64,000 bases of DNA, taken from the NCBI GenBank assembly GCA_021613535.1, contig CP075497.1, forward strand, positions 10,602,001-10,666,000, read 5' to 3'. The first letter of the stretch is position 1; each line of letters opens with the position of its first letter. The notes beneath the pieces are model-generated. The model ran no database searches. It worked only from the letters and a program-made list of their open reading frames with translations, and had not been told where the DNA came from. The stretch is from Adineta vaga (lineage: Eukaryota > Animalia > Rotifera). Made by a program: the position numbers and the translations under genes. This document shows, in pieces, positions 1-13,408 of the stretch.

Positions 1-393
1 GATTGAAGTAAATATTATTTATTCTTTCATGAATTTCTCATTGAAATGTTTTAGAATGGAAATTTTCTTGTTCGTCGTAGTGAAAAAAAACCTAATCAAT
101 ATACGATAACACTCTGGTTTGATAATACATCAACACATGTACGTATTAATCAATTAGGTAATGATCAATATCAACTTGAATTGAATCCGAATTCAAATTT
201 AACAACATCGGTAATAAATATTTTAGTAGAGAAAAATATACTTCGAATAAGTATCTCATTCATTTAGATATTTTCAACAATCAATGATTTAATTGAATTT
301 TATACGGAAAATCATATGAAACTAACAGGACATTGTAATGGATTTATTAAACTTAAATTTAATCCAAATCTATTTAAACATTTAAACTCTTAA
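1..393 (+). CDS. 3' end of an SH2-domain protein (5' part outside window)
   Basis: Exons 55-210 and 268-393 translate NGNFLVRRSEKKPNQYTITLWFDNTSTHVRI...IFSTINDLIEFYTENH*. FLVRxS signature and the C-terminal SH2 helix are present; GT-AG introns. Confidence 0.85.
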
Positions 394-441
394 AGAGTTG
401 GAAAATAAAAAAATATGTGATACTTTTATTTCAGATAGTTT

Positions 442-1314
442 ATGACACATACAATTACGCCTGATCCATATTTTGATGATGAAGATGTAAGTTTTTCAAA
501 AGAAAACAATCTTTTTACTTCAAGTCAATCATAAATTCTTTCAGGAAGAAAATGAAGGTACTTTTTGTTTCTTTCTCTATAAACTTCAGCTGCTCCTATT
601 CATTTCCTATTGATTATTGCTTAAAATTCTTTCGTCTTTCTTTTTATATCTTACAGATATCTATCGACAATTATTAAAACAACGAGGTAACCATATTCTC
701 TCTACGATTGATTATACTAAAGATTAAGAACATTTATCTTTAGAACCATTACCACCATGTGATACTTCAACTGTATGTGATACGTTAACGAAAAAGATGA
801 TTTTATTCTATGAAAGAATTCTTTAGTTACCAGTTTCATCACTATCGGAACGGTGTAGTTTATGTTCGAGAGAAGAAGCAGAGAATATTTTGAAAAGTGC
901 AGATGGAATTTGTGTACGAAAGAATGATGAATCTTTTAATCCTTATCTATTGTTTTTAATTCAATTTATTAGTCAGGCAATTTTATAGTTCGTCCAAGTG
1001 TTCATCCGAATCATCCGTATTCATTGAGTGTTCTTGCAAATGATAAGAAAATCTATCATTTTCAAATCGGTTTAACATTGAACAAATATCTTCTTGGACC
1101 TCTTTCGTCCGTAGATTTATTAAAAGCAAAAGTAATCGATTAGAAATCTTATTTTCATCATGATTAAATTTCCTTTTCTTTTCAGACATTTCCTACACTG
1201 ACTGAGTTTTTAAAATGGTATTTAACATCTCCAATTCGATTTCAAGATAATAATAATAAACGACATTCAATTCAATTGCAATTATATTCGTCATTTGAAT
1301 CAACACGCTTTTAA
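442..1314 (+). CDS. Small (~155 aa) SH2 adaptor with acidic Tyr-containing N-terminus, 7 exons
   Basis: Phase-consistent exons give MTHTITPDPYFDDEDEENEDIYRQLLKQREPLPP...SREEAENIL...GNFIVRPS...YSLSV...IYHFQI...TFPTLTEFLKWY...STRF*. Not in the ORF track because the exons are tiny. Confidence 0.8.
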
Positions 1315-1499
1315 AGAAAATATTCTTAGTTGATCCTTTGTTTTTTTTTCGAATAAGAGAAAGAAAAAGAATTCATACAACTTATTTTATCTCTCTCTTA
1401 TCCTTGATTGAATTCGTGCATGTATTTAAATACCTTACCGATGAACGTCAAGTAAATAAAATAATCGCACATAATCGTCAATCATTCGACGCCTTCCTG

Positions 1500-1507
1500 T
1501 GACGTCA
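1500..1507. promoter_or_regulatory. CRE palindrome TGACGTCA upstream of RalGPS
   Basis: Perfect TGACGTCA ~200 nt before the first coding exon at 1710. Motif match only. Confidence 0.3.
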
Positions 1508-1709
1508 TTATAAATTACGTACTTCTTTCCTTTACTTATTATTACTCATAAGGTCCTTTTCGTATAACAAATGTATATGAAATCACTTTCAAAAGTTTGA
1601 TTTCATAACACGGAAAAGATCATTGACAAACTATTGTTTTATTTCTCTCGTTAATCAAACAGAGATGAGCAAAAGAATCTCATATGTATTTTTTCTATTT
1701 TCTTTCTAG

Positions 1710-4700
1710 ATGGATTTTTATCAGTACCATCGACATAATCCACATTTTTCTTTATCTTTCATCTCAAAGTAAGTTTATATTTCTAATCAATCCTTGAATA
1801 TATAAACAAGTCAATATTTAAACAATGCTATATCTCTATTTGTTTGTTTACCGCCTACTGAATGGTTTCGTATCGAAAACTTGTGTCTTATGATTAGCAA
1901 TCTACCATTTGTCCATTAAAATATACCCATATGTGTGTCGATGAATGAGATGTATAAAAAGCATGTCTCGGATGAGTGATAGATCAATTTGAGGGTCCAT
2001 CTATTCTTCTTCTTCTTTTTTTCATATAAAGCCGACAAAGACAATAGATTTAACCTTGACATTATATGAAATATGTATACGATCATGAAGGTGATTACCT
2101 TGATCGGAGTTTGATTAGAGACATATTGTCGTTCTTTTTCGAAGATTTATCTATTTAAGAGTAGTATCGAAAAAGAAATCCGATAAAACAATTGATTGTT
2201 TCGTCTCTTTTTCTTTTCAAATATGATATGAAGAAAAACATGGGTTTGTTTTTGCCATCGAAAAATAGGCGTAGTTTATGCTTATTAGTTAGTATCTTTT
2301 TTTGTTGAATATTATTTCCTTGAAATCGAAGATTGATTGATTAGAACTAAACAGGAGAAAAAAAGAACGAAATGCATGAAGTTAGTAGATGACTGGGGAG
2401 AAAGAGAAGTCTATCGTACGTTCAGCATCAATATGTGTGTCTGTACAGATCTGTGAATAGAAAAGAAGAAGAAAAAAAAGAAGGCGAGAAGAAGAGAAAG
2501 AGAATCGAAAGAAAAATAATTGCAATGCAGTTATAACTACGACGATGAATGCAACTTATACAAGTTAACGAAGAGGACAGAAGGAAACTGAAGAATAGAT
2601 CACGTAGAGTAAGTTCAAAATATGAATCAATATGTTTATGTGTACGCATATGACCTTTGCCATTGGCAGAATGATTCGTGATAATTATAAATAGATGATT
2701 TCAACATTCTTTAGATGTTTACTCTGAGTAAACATACATACATTAGAATTTCACTGATTCATTCATTTCTGATTCAGATAAATATGTATTTTATTTCATT
2801 CATTTATCTTTTCTTTTCTTTTTCGTTTTTTAGTTAGTGATTATTCATTGATCGATATGATGCTCAATACGAGTAACGTTGCACATTCAATTCTTGCCGA
2901 AGAAGTTGACAATTGCAATAGTAATAATAATAATAACAATAGTCTATTGCTCAATGATCTTTCATTTCATAATGATGATATCAATACGAATGGATCATTA
3001 CATTGTAGAGTTTATGATACCACAGTATTCGATGTGCTCAAAGTTGATCCGGAAGATTTTGCAGTAAGTTATTCTATTTACTCATTCACCTTGACAAAGT
3101 AAAAGAAACCAATTTATATACATAACGAGAAAAAAGAAACCATACATAAAAATTGATAGACGATTGATTGAGTCAACTTCATACATAATCTTCTAATACT
3201 TTTCTTTCTCATCCTTTCTGTGTTATCTATAGTATTGAACATCAACGTTACAGATCACATGATTGAGAAGAAAGATAAGTTCATCCTATTTATCATGCAC
3301 GGATATGATTTATCACTACAAAACAAACTAAGATGTTGTAGAGAGAAAAGAAAAGATAAGGAGAGCTTTTTTTGATTGATATATCTCATGGGAAATATTC
3401 CTTGAAACTTTTTTTTCTTCGCATATTGAACATCTGTGAATTCCCTAAGTATAAAAAAAGGCAAAGTTCATTATCGAAATAATTCTTTTTTTATTTTACT
3501 AGTCACAAATCACATTAATGGATCTTCCAGTTTTCAAAGCTATCACACCAGACGTATGTTATTTTGATTATAAAAAATGACATGACAAAAAAATATCGAA
3601 TTCTTCTAGGAATTAACCAGCTGTGGTTGGAGTTCGAAAGCGAAACTTGAAAAAGCCTTTCATATTGTTCAATTTACTCGTCGATTCAATCAAGTATGTC
3701 ATTGACAAGAAATATTTGATAGTTTTCATCTTAGAAATATATATCATAGGTTAATTTTTGGACTCAAGGTGAACTTTTACGTGCTGATATTTTAAAAAAT
3801 CGTACTGAAATTTTATCTCATTTTATTCGAGTTGCGAAAGTAAATCATCATTAATTTTCATTCGATAGAGAAAAAAAACTCAAGAATCTATTTTTTAGAA
3901 ACTTTTCGATTTTAACAATATCAATGCGTGTATGGCTGTTGTGATGGCTTTGCAAAGTGCACCGATTTATCGATTACAAAAAACTTGGGCGGTACGTTAA
4001 ATTAAACATAATATTTTTCAAGAGAAAAACAAAACGAGGACTTTACTTTTTCTTTAGGGTCTTAGTAAACGTGATCGAACAGCATTCTCAACTTTAAAAG
4101 AATTTGTATCATCAAATGAAAATTGGAAACGATTAAGACATCATTTAACAAATAGCAAATTACCATGTATTCCATATTTAGGTATAAACAAAATCAAATA
4201 TTCGATTTCCTAATGATTTTCTTTCTTGTTTAGGAATTTATTTAACTGATCTCATTCGTATTGATACTCTACATCCACATAGGAGTGGTCTTGAAACTAC
4301 ACAACGTAAAAATGCGATGAATAATATTTGTCGTGTTATCTCCGAATTTCAACAATCATCTTATGGTTTGTTTATTCTTTTCTTCCCCAATTAAAAACAA
4401 ATCATCTATTTTCTTTTCTTCTATTTCAAGAATTTCTTCGACCGATTGAATGTGTACAGAACTATCTTGGAACTGTTCGTTATATGGAAGAATTACAAAC
4501 ATTTGTTGAAGATCAAAATTTTAAACAATCCTTAGCAATTGAGCCTGAACTAACCAATGTTGATCATTCCGACTGTCACGGTGAACGTACACCAAAGAAT
4601 TTAGAAAAATCAGCATCATTTAAAGTTTCACATGCTGATTCAAATTCGACATCTTCACATCGACGAACACTTAGTGATTATAATCAGTATGTATCTTATT

Positions 4701-6021
4701 GAAGAAAGTTTTTGAAGAAAGATCATTTTCATTTTTAAGTTCAAATGGTTTATCATCGTCAAATAAATCTGCTACATTACCATGTCGAACACATGAAAAA
4801 AAGAGTTTATTAGATGATAGTGTGATTGCAGATTGTATGCACGAAGAAACTCGATCTAGTAAGTAAATATTGAAATATGATGAATTTCGATTTCGATCAA
4901 TGACATCAAATATTTTAGGTCTGTTATTATTTAAAGGTAACATCACCCTTTCGTTTTGGTTTTTCCTTTGCCAATTAAACTATGCTTTGCTTATGGTTTT
5001 GATATCCCTTAAGATTATTCTACTTCACTAATAGAAGAAAAACAAAACGTCTGTTAACAGTTTTCTTGACAATAGACTCGAGGGAGAGTTGTCAGCTGAT
5101 TTATTAATCAAAAATAATTCTTAATAATCATAAACAATTTTTCTACTTACAAATAACTTTTAATGAAATATTTCTTGATTTTGTGTGTCAATCATTTTTC
5201 CCTTATTTCTTTGTTATCCTGCTTGTCGGTTTTTGTCTTTTCAAAAAAATATTCATTATCGATTTCATTGTTAAAACTTTGTTTCATATTTTTAAGGTAC
5301 TGATTCAAATGATTCATGTGAAGAAGCAATACGTAAAGCAAAAGAATACATAAAGAACAGTGGAAAACATCATCATATCGCTCAAGGCATGTCCGTTTCT
5401 TTGTCATCGTTATCAATGAAAGAACCATTAAATCCACATAATGATCCATTAGTAACATCAAATTTTAATTTCGAAGGTTCAATACAACGTAAATGTCTAT
5501 TGAAAAATTATAAAAAACCTACAATAACGAAATGGAAAAAATATTGGGTAGCAATCTGTGAACATCTACTTTTTTTTCATAAACAAAAGCCATTTATAAT
5601 GACATTACATATGCGTTTACATCGCTCACATCGACAAACATCAGCGAATAGTGATAATGATAATATTTCGACGACACAATCAGCACCGCCATTGATAAAT
5701 ATATCATCCACACGAACATTAATTGAATCCGAGAGGTTATTTTATCGACAAAATCCAACAAAATGTCAATCGATATCCGATTGGTTAATTGTTCTTAGTC
5801 AAACAAAAAATCGCAATGAAATCAAATTAAGTGACTTAAATCGAGGTATGATTATAGAGTTTTTTATTCATTATTAAAATAACATTTCTTCAGGATCGAT
5901 GTATAAATTCAAATTTGAAAATGCAGCTATTGCAAACATATGGTTTCAACGTTTGAAAGAAGCATCGACATTTAAACAAAATAATGCTCGACGTTCAGAA
6001 AATTTAATTGCATTAGATTAA
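1710..6021 (+). CDS. RALGPS: Ras/Ral guanine exchange factor RalGPS (CDC25-type RasGEF domain + C-terminal PH domain)
   Basis: Exon 1710-1768 splices in frame to 2838. [13 protein letters not shown]...FTRRFNQ...[13 protein letters not shown]...[13 protein letters not shown] (RasGEF), then FEGSIQRK...KWKKYWV...YKFKF...WFQRL (PH), ending NLIALD*. Confidence 0.9.
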
Positions 6022-6479
6022 TTATTCAAAAAACAAAACAATTATTTCAGTTGTTTTGTTTAATTATCGTTTGAATCTGAGAATTAATCATCATTATCAC
6101 TAGTCACCAATACACGTGCGATGATTTTGTTATATCGTAAAGAAATATAAATCCTACGAAGCTTCCTTTTCCTTCTTCTTCTTCTTCTTTTTTTACGTAT
6201 ATTTCTTATTTTGTGTGTGTATGTGTCTGGTAGTTCTTTTAGTTTAGTATATTCATCTTGTTCTTTTGTCTTTTTCTATGTATATTGTTGTGTGTGTTTG
6301 TCGAAAAAAAAACCAATGTTTTCTTTTTTTGTGTGCAAATTTTGATATACTGAACCAAGAAATAATAAAAAAAACCAGCGCAGTGAAACTGTCAGCGCAG
6401 AAATCTACAAAAATCAATTACGAGTCGCTAATCGAAAATTAGCATGAGAGAATTCAAGATCGAATTTTATTTCAGATAA

Positions 6480-7613
6480 ATGTCTTCTTCAATGGAACGA
6501 TCAAGGTCGTCAGATAGGCAACAAAGACGGAGGCGAACTAATAATAAAGTACCAACAGGGTAAAGAATTCTTTTATGATAAATGTGAGATATATGAAGGA
6601 TTTTTCTCTTTGTATTTTTAAATATTCAGTTGGCTTGATTATACACCATTGAATACATGGATTGAAAATACACGGATTATTCCATTTAAATGTCCTTTGA
6701 AAAGAGTTAAGTCAACGAAAAATTTGTAAAGAATATAAATGAATGAGAAGTTTCAATTGATGTTTAGTCTATCTTACGACATATTGATGAACAAGAACGG
6801 TTTTCATTGGATGATTTAACAGATCGTTTAGCAAGTCAAGGACGAAAAATTGGTTTGATTATTGATTTAACTGATACGGATCGATATTATGATTATCGAG
6901 TAAGAATTTATAGAGATAGATTTTGAAGTTTTCTATAGATTGATGTATAATAGGATGTAGAAGATATGGATATTGAATATTGTAAAATTCGAGTACCAGG
7001 TCATCAAGATGTACCTGAACAATGTTGTCGAAAATTCTTTCGAGTAGTCAATTCATTCTTACGAGACAATCAACATAATGGTAAACACTTCAATTTTTAA
7101 CATAGAACATTTGATTTATCCTTTTTTTGCTTTCTAGACAAACTTATAGGCATTCATTGTACACATGGAATTAATCGAAGTGGTTACTTTATTGTTAGGT
7201 AGTGTTTTTAATGTGTATGTACATGTTTATGTCTTCGTATGAAGTGTTTATTTAGATATTTGATTGAAATATTAGGTTTACAACCAAATGATGCAATTGC
7301 TGGTAAGTTTCGGAAGTTTTGATAGTAAACTTAATAATCTTATTGTTTTAGCTTTTAATCGAGCACGTGGTCATCAAATTGAAAAATATATTGATGATCT
7401 TCAAAGACGAATCCCCGTGACGTATGAAATGACTTTTCTATTTATTCTTCAATTACGTATTCGAATGGTTTTAGTGCTGCACAAATGACATCATCAAATG
7501 ATCATGAGAATGATTACTATATAGAACGAGATCGACCATTACCGTATAGTCGGCCAACAATAGATACAACTTCCAAGGATTGCTCAGCGAAACCATCTGA
7601 AATCAATGTATAA
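6480..7613 (+). CDS. DUSP11: RNA 5'-phosphatase DUSP11/PIR-1-like (PTP/DSP fold)
   Basis: WLDYTP...RIIPFKCPL...IGLIIDLTDTDRYY...IGIHCTHGINRSGYFIVRYL...AFNRARGHQIEK. Catalytic HCxxGxxR motif; no guanylyltransferase domain follows, so it is not the capping enzyme. Confidence 0.88.
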
Positions 7614-8186
7614 TTGTTATTTTAAATCTTTCGATGTGGTGGTATTCATCGATATATTCTGTTAAATAATATTGATTTTTGTTATTTTTCAACTGTTTGT
7701 TACATTGATCTCAAATAAAAAAAAATCATTCTCATTTACAATAATTAGATTCTTCTTCAACGAAACGAAACGAAAAAAAGGATAGTGCCGGAAACAAGAA
7801 GACATACTTTCTAGTTCATTCGATAGATGTCGCTATACCTCGAAACATTTCATTTATTTTTCTTTTTTATCATTTCGTTACTGTTCGATATCAGAATTAT
7901 TCGAAAAAAAAGACTTTTCATATAGTTTCGTTCATTTGTATATGATAATAAAGATGCTAACATGAAGATGACGCTATGATCGATGTTTTTATTCAATTGA
8001 TATTAGCGACAATTCATTCAGCAATTCTTTTACGTTTTTCATCTGTCACGAAAATGCGAAGCGAATCATTGTATTAAAGATTCAACTTTCTATTTCTACA
8101 AGATTCATTTCTCATCGAACATATTTCTTCTATAGATAAGACTTCCGTCCCGTTATTTCTTAGTGTGAACTTTCTACAAGTAGAGA

Positions 8187-9713
8187 ATGGCTGAATATCT
8201 TGCTTCTATTTTTGGAACTGAAAAAGATAAGTATGTTCGTCAATCTTATTTTATTCTCTTGATATATTAATCATTTATCTAGAGTTAATTGTTCCTTCTA
8301 TTTTAAAATTGGTGCTTGTCGTCACGGTGAACGGTACGAACTTTTTTCAAAAATATGTTTTATTTTATTTTTTCAAATTTTCTTCATCTATTTAGATGTT
8401 CGCGTGTTCATAACAAACCAACCTTTAGTCAAGTATAAACAATCTCAATCGTATTATGTTTTATTTATTTTCGATGATCTTTTGTTATAGACGATTCTTT
8501 TGAAAAATCTTTATCTTAATCCAAATAATAATTCAATTCCTAAACCAGAAGGTGGTTTTGGTAAATATCATATAAAGTTCTTTCGTTCTTAAATAATTAT
8601 TCTATGAATTCTAGTCGAACAATATGAGGGAAATAATTATACGGATGAACAAGTTCAACAACATTTTGAGTAAGTAATGAATGGGAGCATTTTTCTTCTA
8701 TAAAGGAAATATATCTCATTTTAGTGAATTCTATGAAGAAGTTTATAATGAAGTTGAAGAGAAAGTAAGCTACATTATTAATAAACTATCCCTTCGATCA
8801 AAGAAAAAAAAAGCATTATCCTAACTATCCGATCTTTTCGACTTTTATTTTCGCGTCTATCTCCCTAAGATTCTATCGATTATTGCAGGCTTAAATCAAC
8901 AGCATTCTCATCTTGTGTTATCTATCCAGTGAATAAAATCTATCACGTATATTAAATCTTTCTCTTACCTATCTAGTCATATTTTTGCAGGAAAATCTCA
9001 TTTCGAAAGATTGATATATATCGATGTATCCACGAACGATGGAATGTTCGTTCTTTTTCTTTAAAACCAACTTTCGTATGTTTACAGGTTTTTTAGGGCT
9101 GATGTGTTTCCCTCCTATTTTGAATGATTCTTTTCATTTTACATGAATACAATTTTAGTATGGTGAAATCGAAGCAATGACTGTTTGTGACAATCTGGGT
9201 GAACATCTTGTTGGAAACATTTATATCAAAGTAAACGATAAAATAAATTCAAATTTTCTATGTATTTATCTTCGTGGGAAATTTAGTTTCGATATGAAAA
9301 AGATGCTGCACGAGCGGTGGATGATTTAAATACACGATGGTTCGATCGTAAACCAATCTATGCTGAATTAAGGTATGAATAATTCGTAATTTCTACCGGA
9401 AAAACCCTTTTTTGCTTTCTTTTTACTTTTAGTCCGGTAACAGATTTTAAAGAAGCTAGTTGTCGACAGTATGAATTAGGAGAAGTATGATCAATTCTTC
9501 TTTGATTCTTAGATTAATACTTGTAATTTTAGTGTATGCGAAGTGGTTTTTGTAATTTTATGCATATCAAACAATTGTCGCCTGAAATCAAAAAACGTCT
9601 TCGTGAACGTCGAAAACGGTTTGTTAGAAATCAATTGAAATCTTCTTGTAATGTCTTTGTTTAGATCACGTTCACATAGTCGTTCACCATCACGACGTAA
9701 TCGTCGCCACTAA
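8187..9713 (+). CDS. U2AF1: Splicing factor U2AF small subunit (U2AF35)
   Basis: [45 protein letters not shown]...YGEIEAMTVCDNLGEHLVGNIYIKF...[31 protein letters not shown] plus a short RS tail. Many small exons, absent from the ORF track. Confidence 0.97.
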
Positions 9714-9930
9714 TTGAACAGCTGAATAAATGAGAAGTGCCTAAATACAATCCTACTGTGCATGAAAGTATCTTGTTTCTTCAATCTTTTTGTGTTATTG
9801 TAACAGAATGTTAACTGTTTGTTTTGTATATAAAATAAAATAGAAGAGAAATAACGATGGAACTTCTTCAGAAAATGTGACTTGATTTTTCATTAAAAAA
9901 TATAGGTTTTGTTACTCTATTAGATAATCT

Positions 9931-11044
9931 ATGGCAACTACGAAATCGTTCGAAATTGCATCAATTGGTTCTCAAAAAGAATTCGATGAATTTATAAATC
10001 AACCAACGATCATTAACAAATTATTATTAGTTCATATTGAATTAGAACAAATTCCAGTATGTAAAGCTGTCAATGAAGCATTAATCGCAATCACTCGTGA
10101 TCCGGAATTTATGCAACAAATAGCTATTTGTCGTTTAAATGCTGATCATTTTTATGATTTACTCAACACACAAAATGTCAATGCTGCACCAACTGTTCTT
10201 TTCTATCATCGTACAAAAATTATTGATCGTGTCGATGGTTTCAATCAAAATGAATTATTAAAAAAGATCAAATTGCATATCAATACAATCGGTGTTGTTC
10301 AAACAACAGAAATCAAATCTGATTTTGGTTCACCAACAATTCAAGTGGAAAATCGAATTAAACAATTACTTGATTCATCTCCAACTATTCTCTTTATGAA
10401 AGGCACACCAGCTAGTCCACAATGTGGTTTTAGTCGTCAAGCTTGTCATTTACTTGACGAACATAAAATCAAATATGACTATTTTGATGTTCTTGCTGAT
10501 CAGACTGTTCGAGAACAATTAAAAAAATATTCCAATTGGAATACATATCCACAAGTAATTGAAGGAAAACTTTGTGTTCCTTTTTTAATGAAAACTATTT
10601 TCATTTTAGTTATATGTTGGAGGAGAATTAATTGGTGGATTAGATATTATGAAACAAATGATTGAAAATGGTGATTTTGAATTAAAATTAAAAGAACAGA
10701 GATCGAATGATTCAGACAAAGATATGAATAAATATTTAGAAAGTTTAATTAATCAAGCTCCATTGATGCTTTTTATTAAAGGTACACCTGATGCACCACG
10801 ATGTGGTTTTACCAAAGAATTATTGGATTTACTATCGAATGCAAACATTACCGGTTTTAAAACATTTGATATTCTTCAAGATGAAAATGTTCGAGAGAAA
10901 TTAAAAGAATATTCATCATGGCAAACCTATCCACAGATCTATGTCAATGGACAATTCATTGGTGGTTTAGATGTTTTGAAACAAATGAATGAAGAAGGAA
11001 CATTAGTTCATACATTAACTACAAGACAAGGAGTCGCTGTTTAG
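9931..11044 (+). CDS. GLRX3: Glutaredoxin-3/PICOT (Trx-like domain + 2 monothiol Grx domains)
   Basis: Trx-like N-domain, then FMKGTPASPQCGFS...WNTYPQ and FIKGTPDAPRCGFT...WQTYPQIYVNGQFIGGLD; one intron 10554-10609. Confidence 0.95.
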
Positions 11045-11187
11045 AAACAAAAATCTTCGTGCAAATTGATATGATGATCCTCTTTTTTTCTTTTTGTTAT
11101 ATTATCGAAATAAATCAGCGTTGACAGATAAGAAAAAATAGTCATAAGATTCCGTTTTTTTTTCTAGATTTATTAAATCTATCGAGC

Positions 11188-12153
11188 ATGTCGGATATTT
11201 GGTAAGATTGTATTTGCTAAACCAAATTGAATTGAAATATGGAATCTTTCTTTTAGGCTTCAGAATTATGAGAGTTGCAAAAATTATGCACAGGAAATCA
11301 ATCAAAAGATAAATGAATTGAAAAAATTACCTAATGGAAGTCCACAACGAGCAAAGGTAATATTTGTTCTTCTCTCTTTTGATAATCTTCAATGATTTTC
11401 TCAAAGGTTTCATCGATAATTCGTACAATGATGACAGAATTTAATAAAGATGTTGATAAATTATCCAGTGATTTAAGTAATCAATCCCGCAATGGTTCTA
11501 TGTATGATAATCTAATAGAAAATTTTCGTTTCATTTCTTTATCTTTTCGTATTAAGAACGACTGGAGAAGCCAATCGACGACGAACATTAGTTGACACAA
11601 TAAAGCAATCGAAAGAAGAAATTGAAACAGTTATGAAAGAAAGTTTCAATACATATGCGTAAAAATTTTCATTCTTCAATAAAGAAAAAACAATTCTAAC
11701 CATGATTCTTCTTTATAGATCACGTGATCGAATTGATCCACGTTTTGCAACTGCAACCGAATCGGAACATACACAAGGTTTAACCAATGAAGAATTTGCT
11801 GGACTTCGTTCAAATCTACGAAAAAGTATTTTCATTCTATCATAGAACTTATTTATTGACAATCTATCTTGTATCTTTTCTTTGTAGATAATGACGAAGC
11901 AATCGAAGCATTACAAGCTATAGTCAAACGTCAGAAAGAAATCGGTATAGCCATGAATTCTGAAGTTGATCGTCATAATGAAATAATTGATACCATAACT
12001 GATCGAACAGGTTTACTCGATTCTCGTGTTAAACGTCAAACAATGTTTGTTAAAACAATTGATCGTAAATCATCAGCATTAGGTTTATGGGTCATCATCA
12101 TTCTTCTTTTTGTTGCTATTATTGTTATTGTTGCTATTCCATTTAAAAAATAA
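11188..12153 (+). CDS. STX8: Syntaxin-8-like Qc SNARE
   Basis: MSDIWLQNYES... helical N-terminus, SNARE motif DEAIEALQAIVKRQKEIGIAMNSEVDRHNEIID, C-terminal TM LWVIIILLFVAIIVIVAI. Confidence 0.85.
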
Positions 12154-12280
12154 TTTAAACATTTGTCTTTTTCTTTGTCATTTTCTTTACACTGTAATCT
12201 ATTTCATTTCTTTTTATTATTTAAAAAACAATCAATCGATGATTTAAATATGTTGATTTATTTCTATTCTTTTTTCTAGA

Positions 12281-13377
12281 ATGATTCCATCACTTGTTGA
12301 ACTTGCTAGTCGAATATTAGGAAAATATTTTTTATCAATTGAAAGTCTTCGATATATACCAGATGAGTTTGTAGAGAAAATCTTTAATGGATATTTACAA
12401 ACGAAAGCATCAGTATCAATTTTGAATGAACAAGATTTAACGCGAATTGTCAAGATATTAACAGATTATCATGGCGATTTATTTTGTACAAGTTTTTGTT
12501 ATTATACTAACAATCATCTGAATTTTCTTACAGCAAATTTCTATTTTCATTTATTTAAATGTGTACATACGAATTTAACTGAACTCGATTTTTCTCATGT
12601 GTTAGACAAATATTCCTATGAAGAGAAAGAACGATTTTTAAATATAATCGGACAAATGGAAACAATTGAATATTTAAGATTAACATATAATCAATTAAAT
12701 GATGAAGATATTCGATTATTAACTGCAAGTCATCGAATTCAAAGTAAAGCACTATGTAATTTACATAGTTTACATCTTCAAGGTACAAGAAATCCAATTC
12801 TTATTTATAGATATAGTATGTGTGTGTGTTTTTCCTCTTCCTCTTTTAGGAAATCATTTGACAAATCGTTCGGCTCGTTTTCTCAAATCATTAACAACAC
12901 TCGATACTCTTTATATCTCTCTACTTTCTCTTTATGTAAGAGAATCATTCGATAAATATTTGCTTATCATTTTCTCTTTCTCTAGGATAAATCACAATTT
13001 ATTAAAGAGTTTGAGAATCTTTATGAATGTACTTGTTCAGTACAGAAGAGTTGGGAAGAAATTATTAATCGAGGTTGGATTGCAAATATTTCTCAATTAC
13101 AATTTTCAACAACATCAATTGACAATAGTTTTTGTATGAATATTATTGCTTCATTTTTTCGATAATTGTGCAAGAAAGAATATTTTCTTTAGATCGTAAA
13201 CGACGTCGAATAGATAATGATGATACAATCGTCTTGATAAAACTTGTTCGATTCTGTTCGACATGTCAATCAAGTTCAGTAAAAAAATCCATCGAAAAAA
13301 AGGATAAAATAATTTCGAATCCAAAAGGATTTATTGATTCTAGTCAAGCTAATGATCTCTTATCATGTTATCTATAG
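12281..13377 (+). CDS. Leucine-rich repeat protein (possibly LRRC42-like)
   Basis: MIPSLVELAS... start; LRR repeats LTELDFS, IEYLRLTYNQLNDEDI, LHSLHLQGNHLTNRSA; spliced to a last exon ending DLLSCYL*. Confidence 0.7.
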
Positions 13378-13408
13378 AATTGAATTTCTTTTTCTAGATA
13401 AAATCAAT

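Noticed and set aside
6480-7613. mRNA capping enzyme (RNGTT)
   Set aside because: Only the triphosphatase-like domain is present and the gene ends without a guanylyltransferase domain, so DUSP11/PIR-1 fits better.
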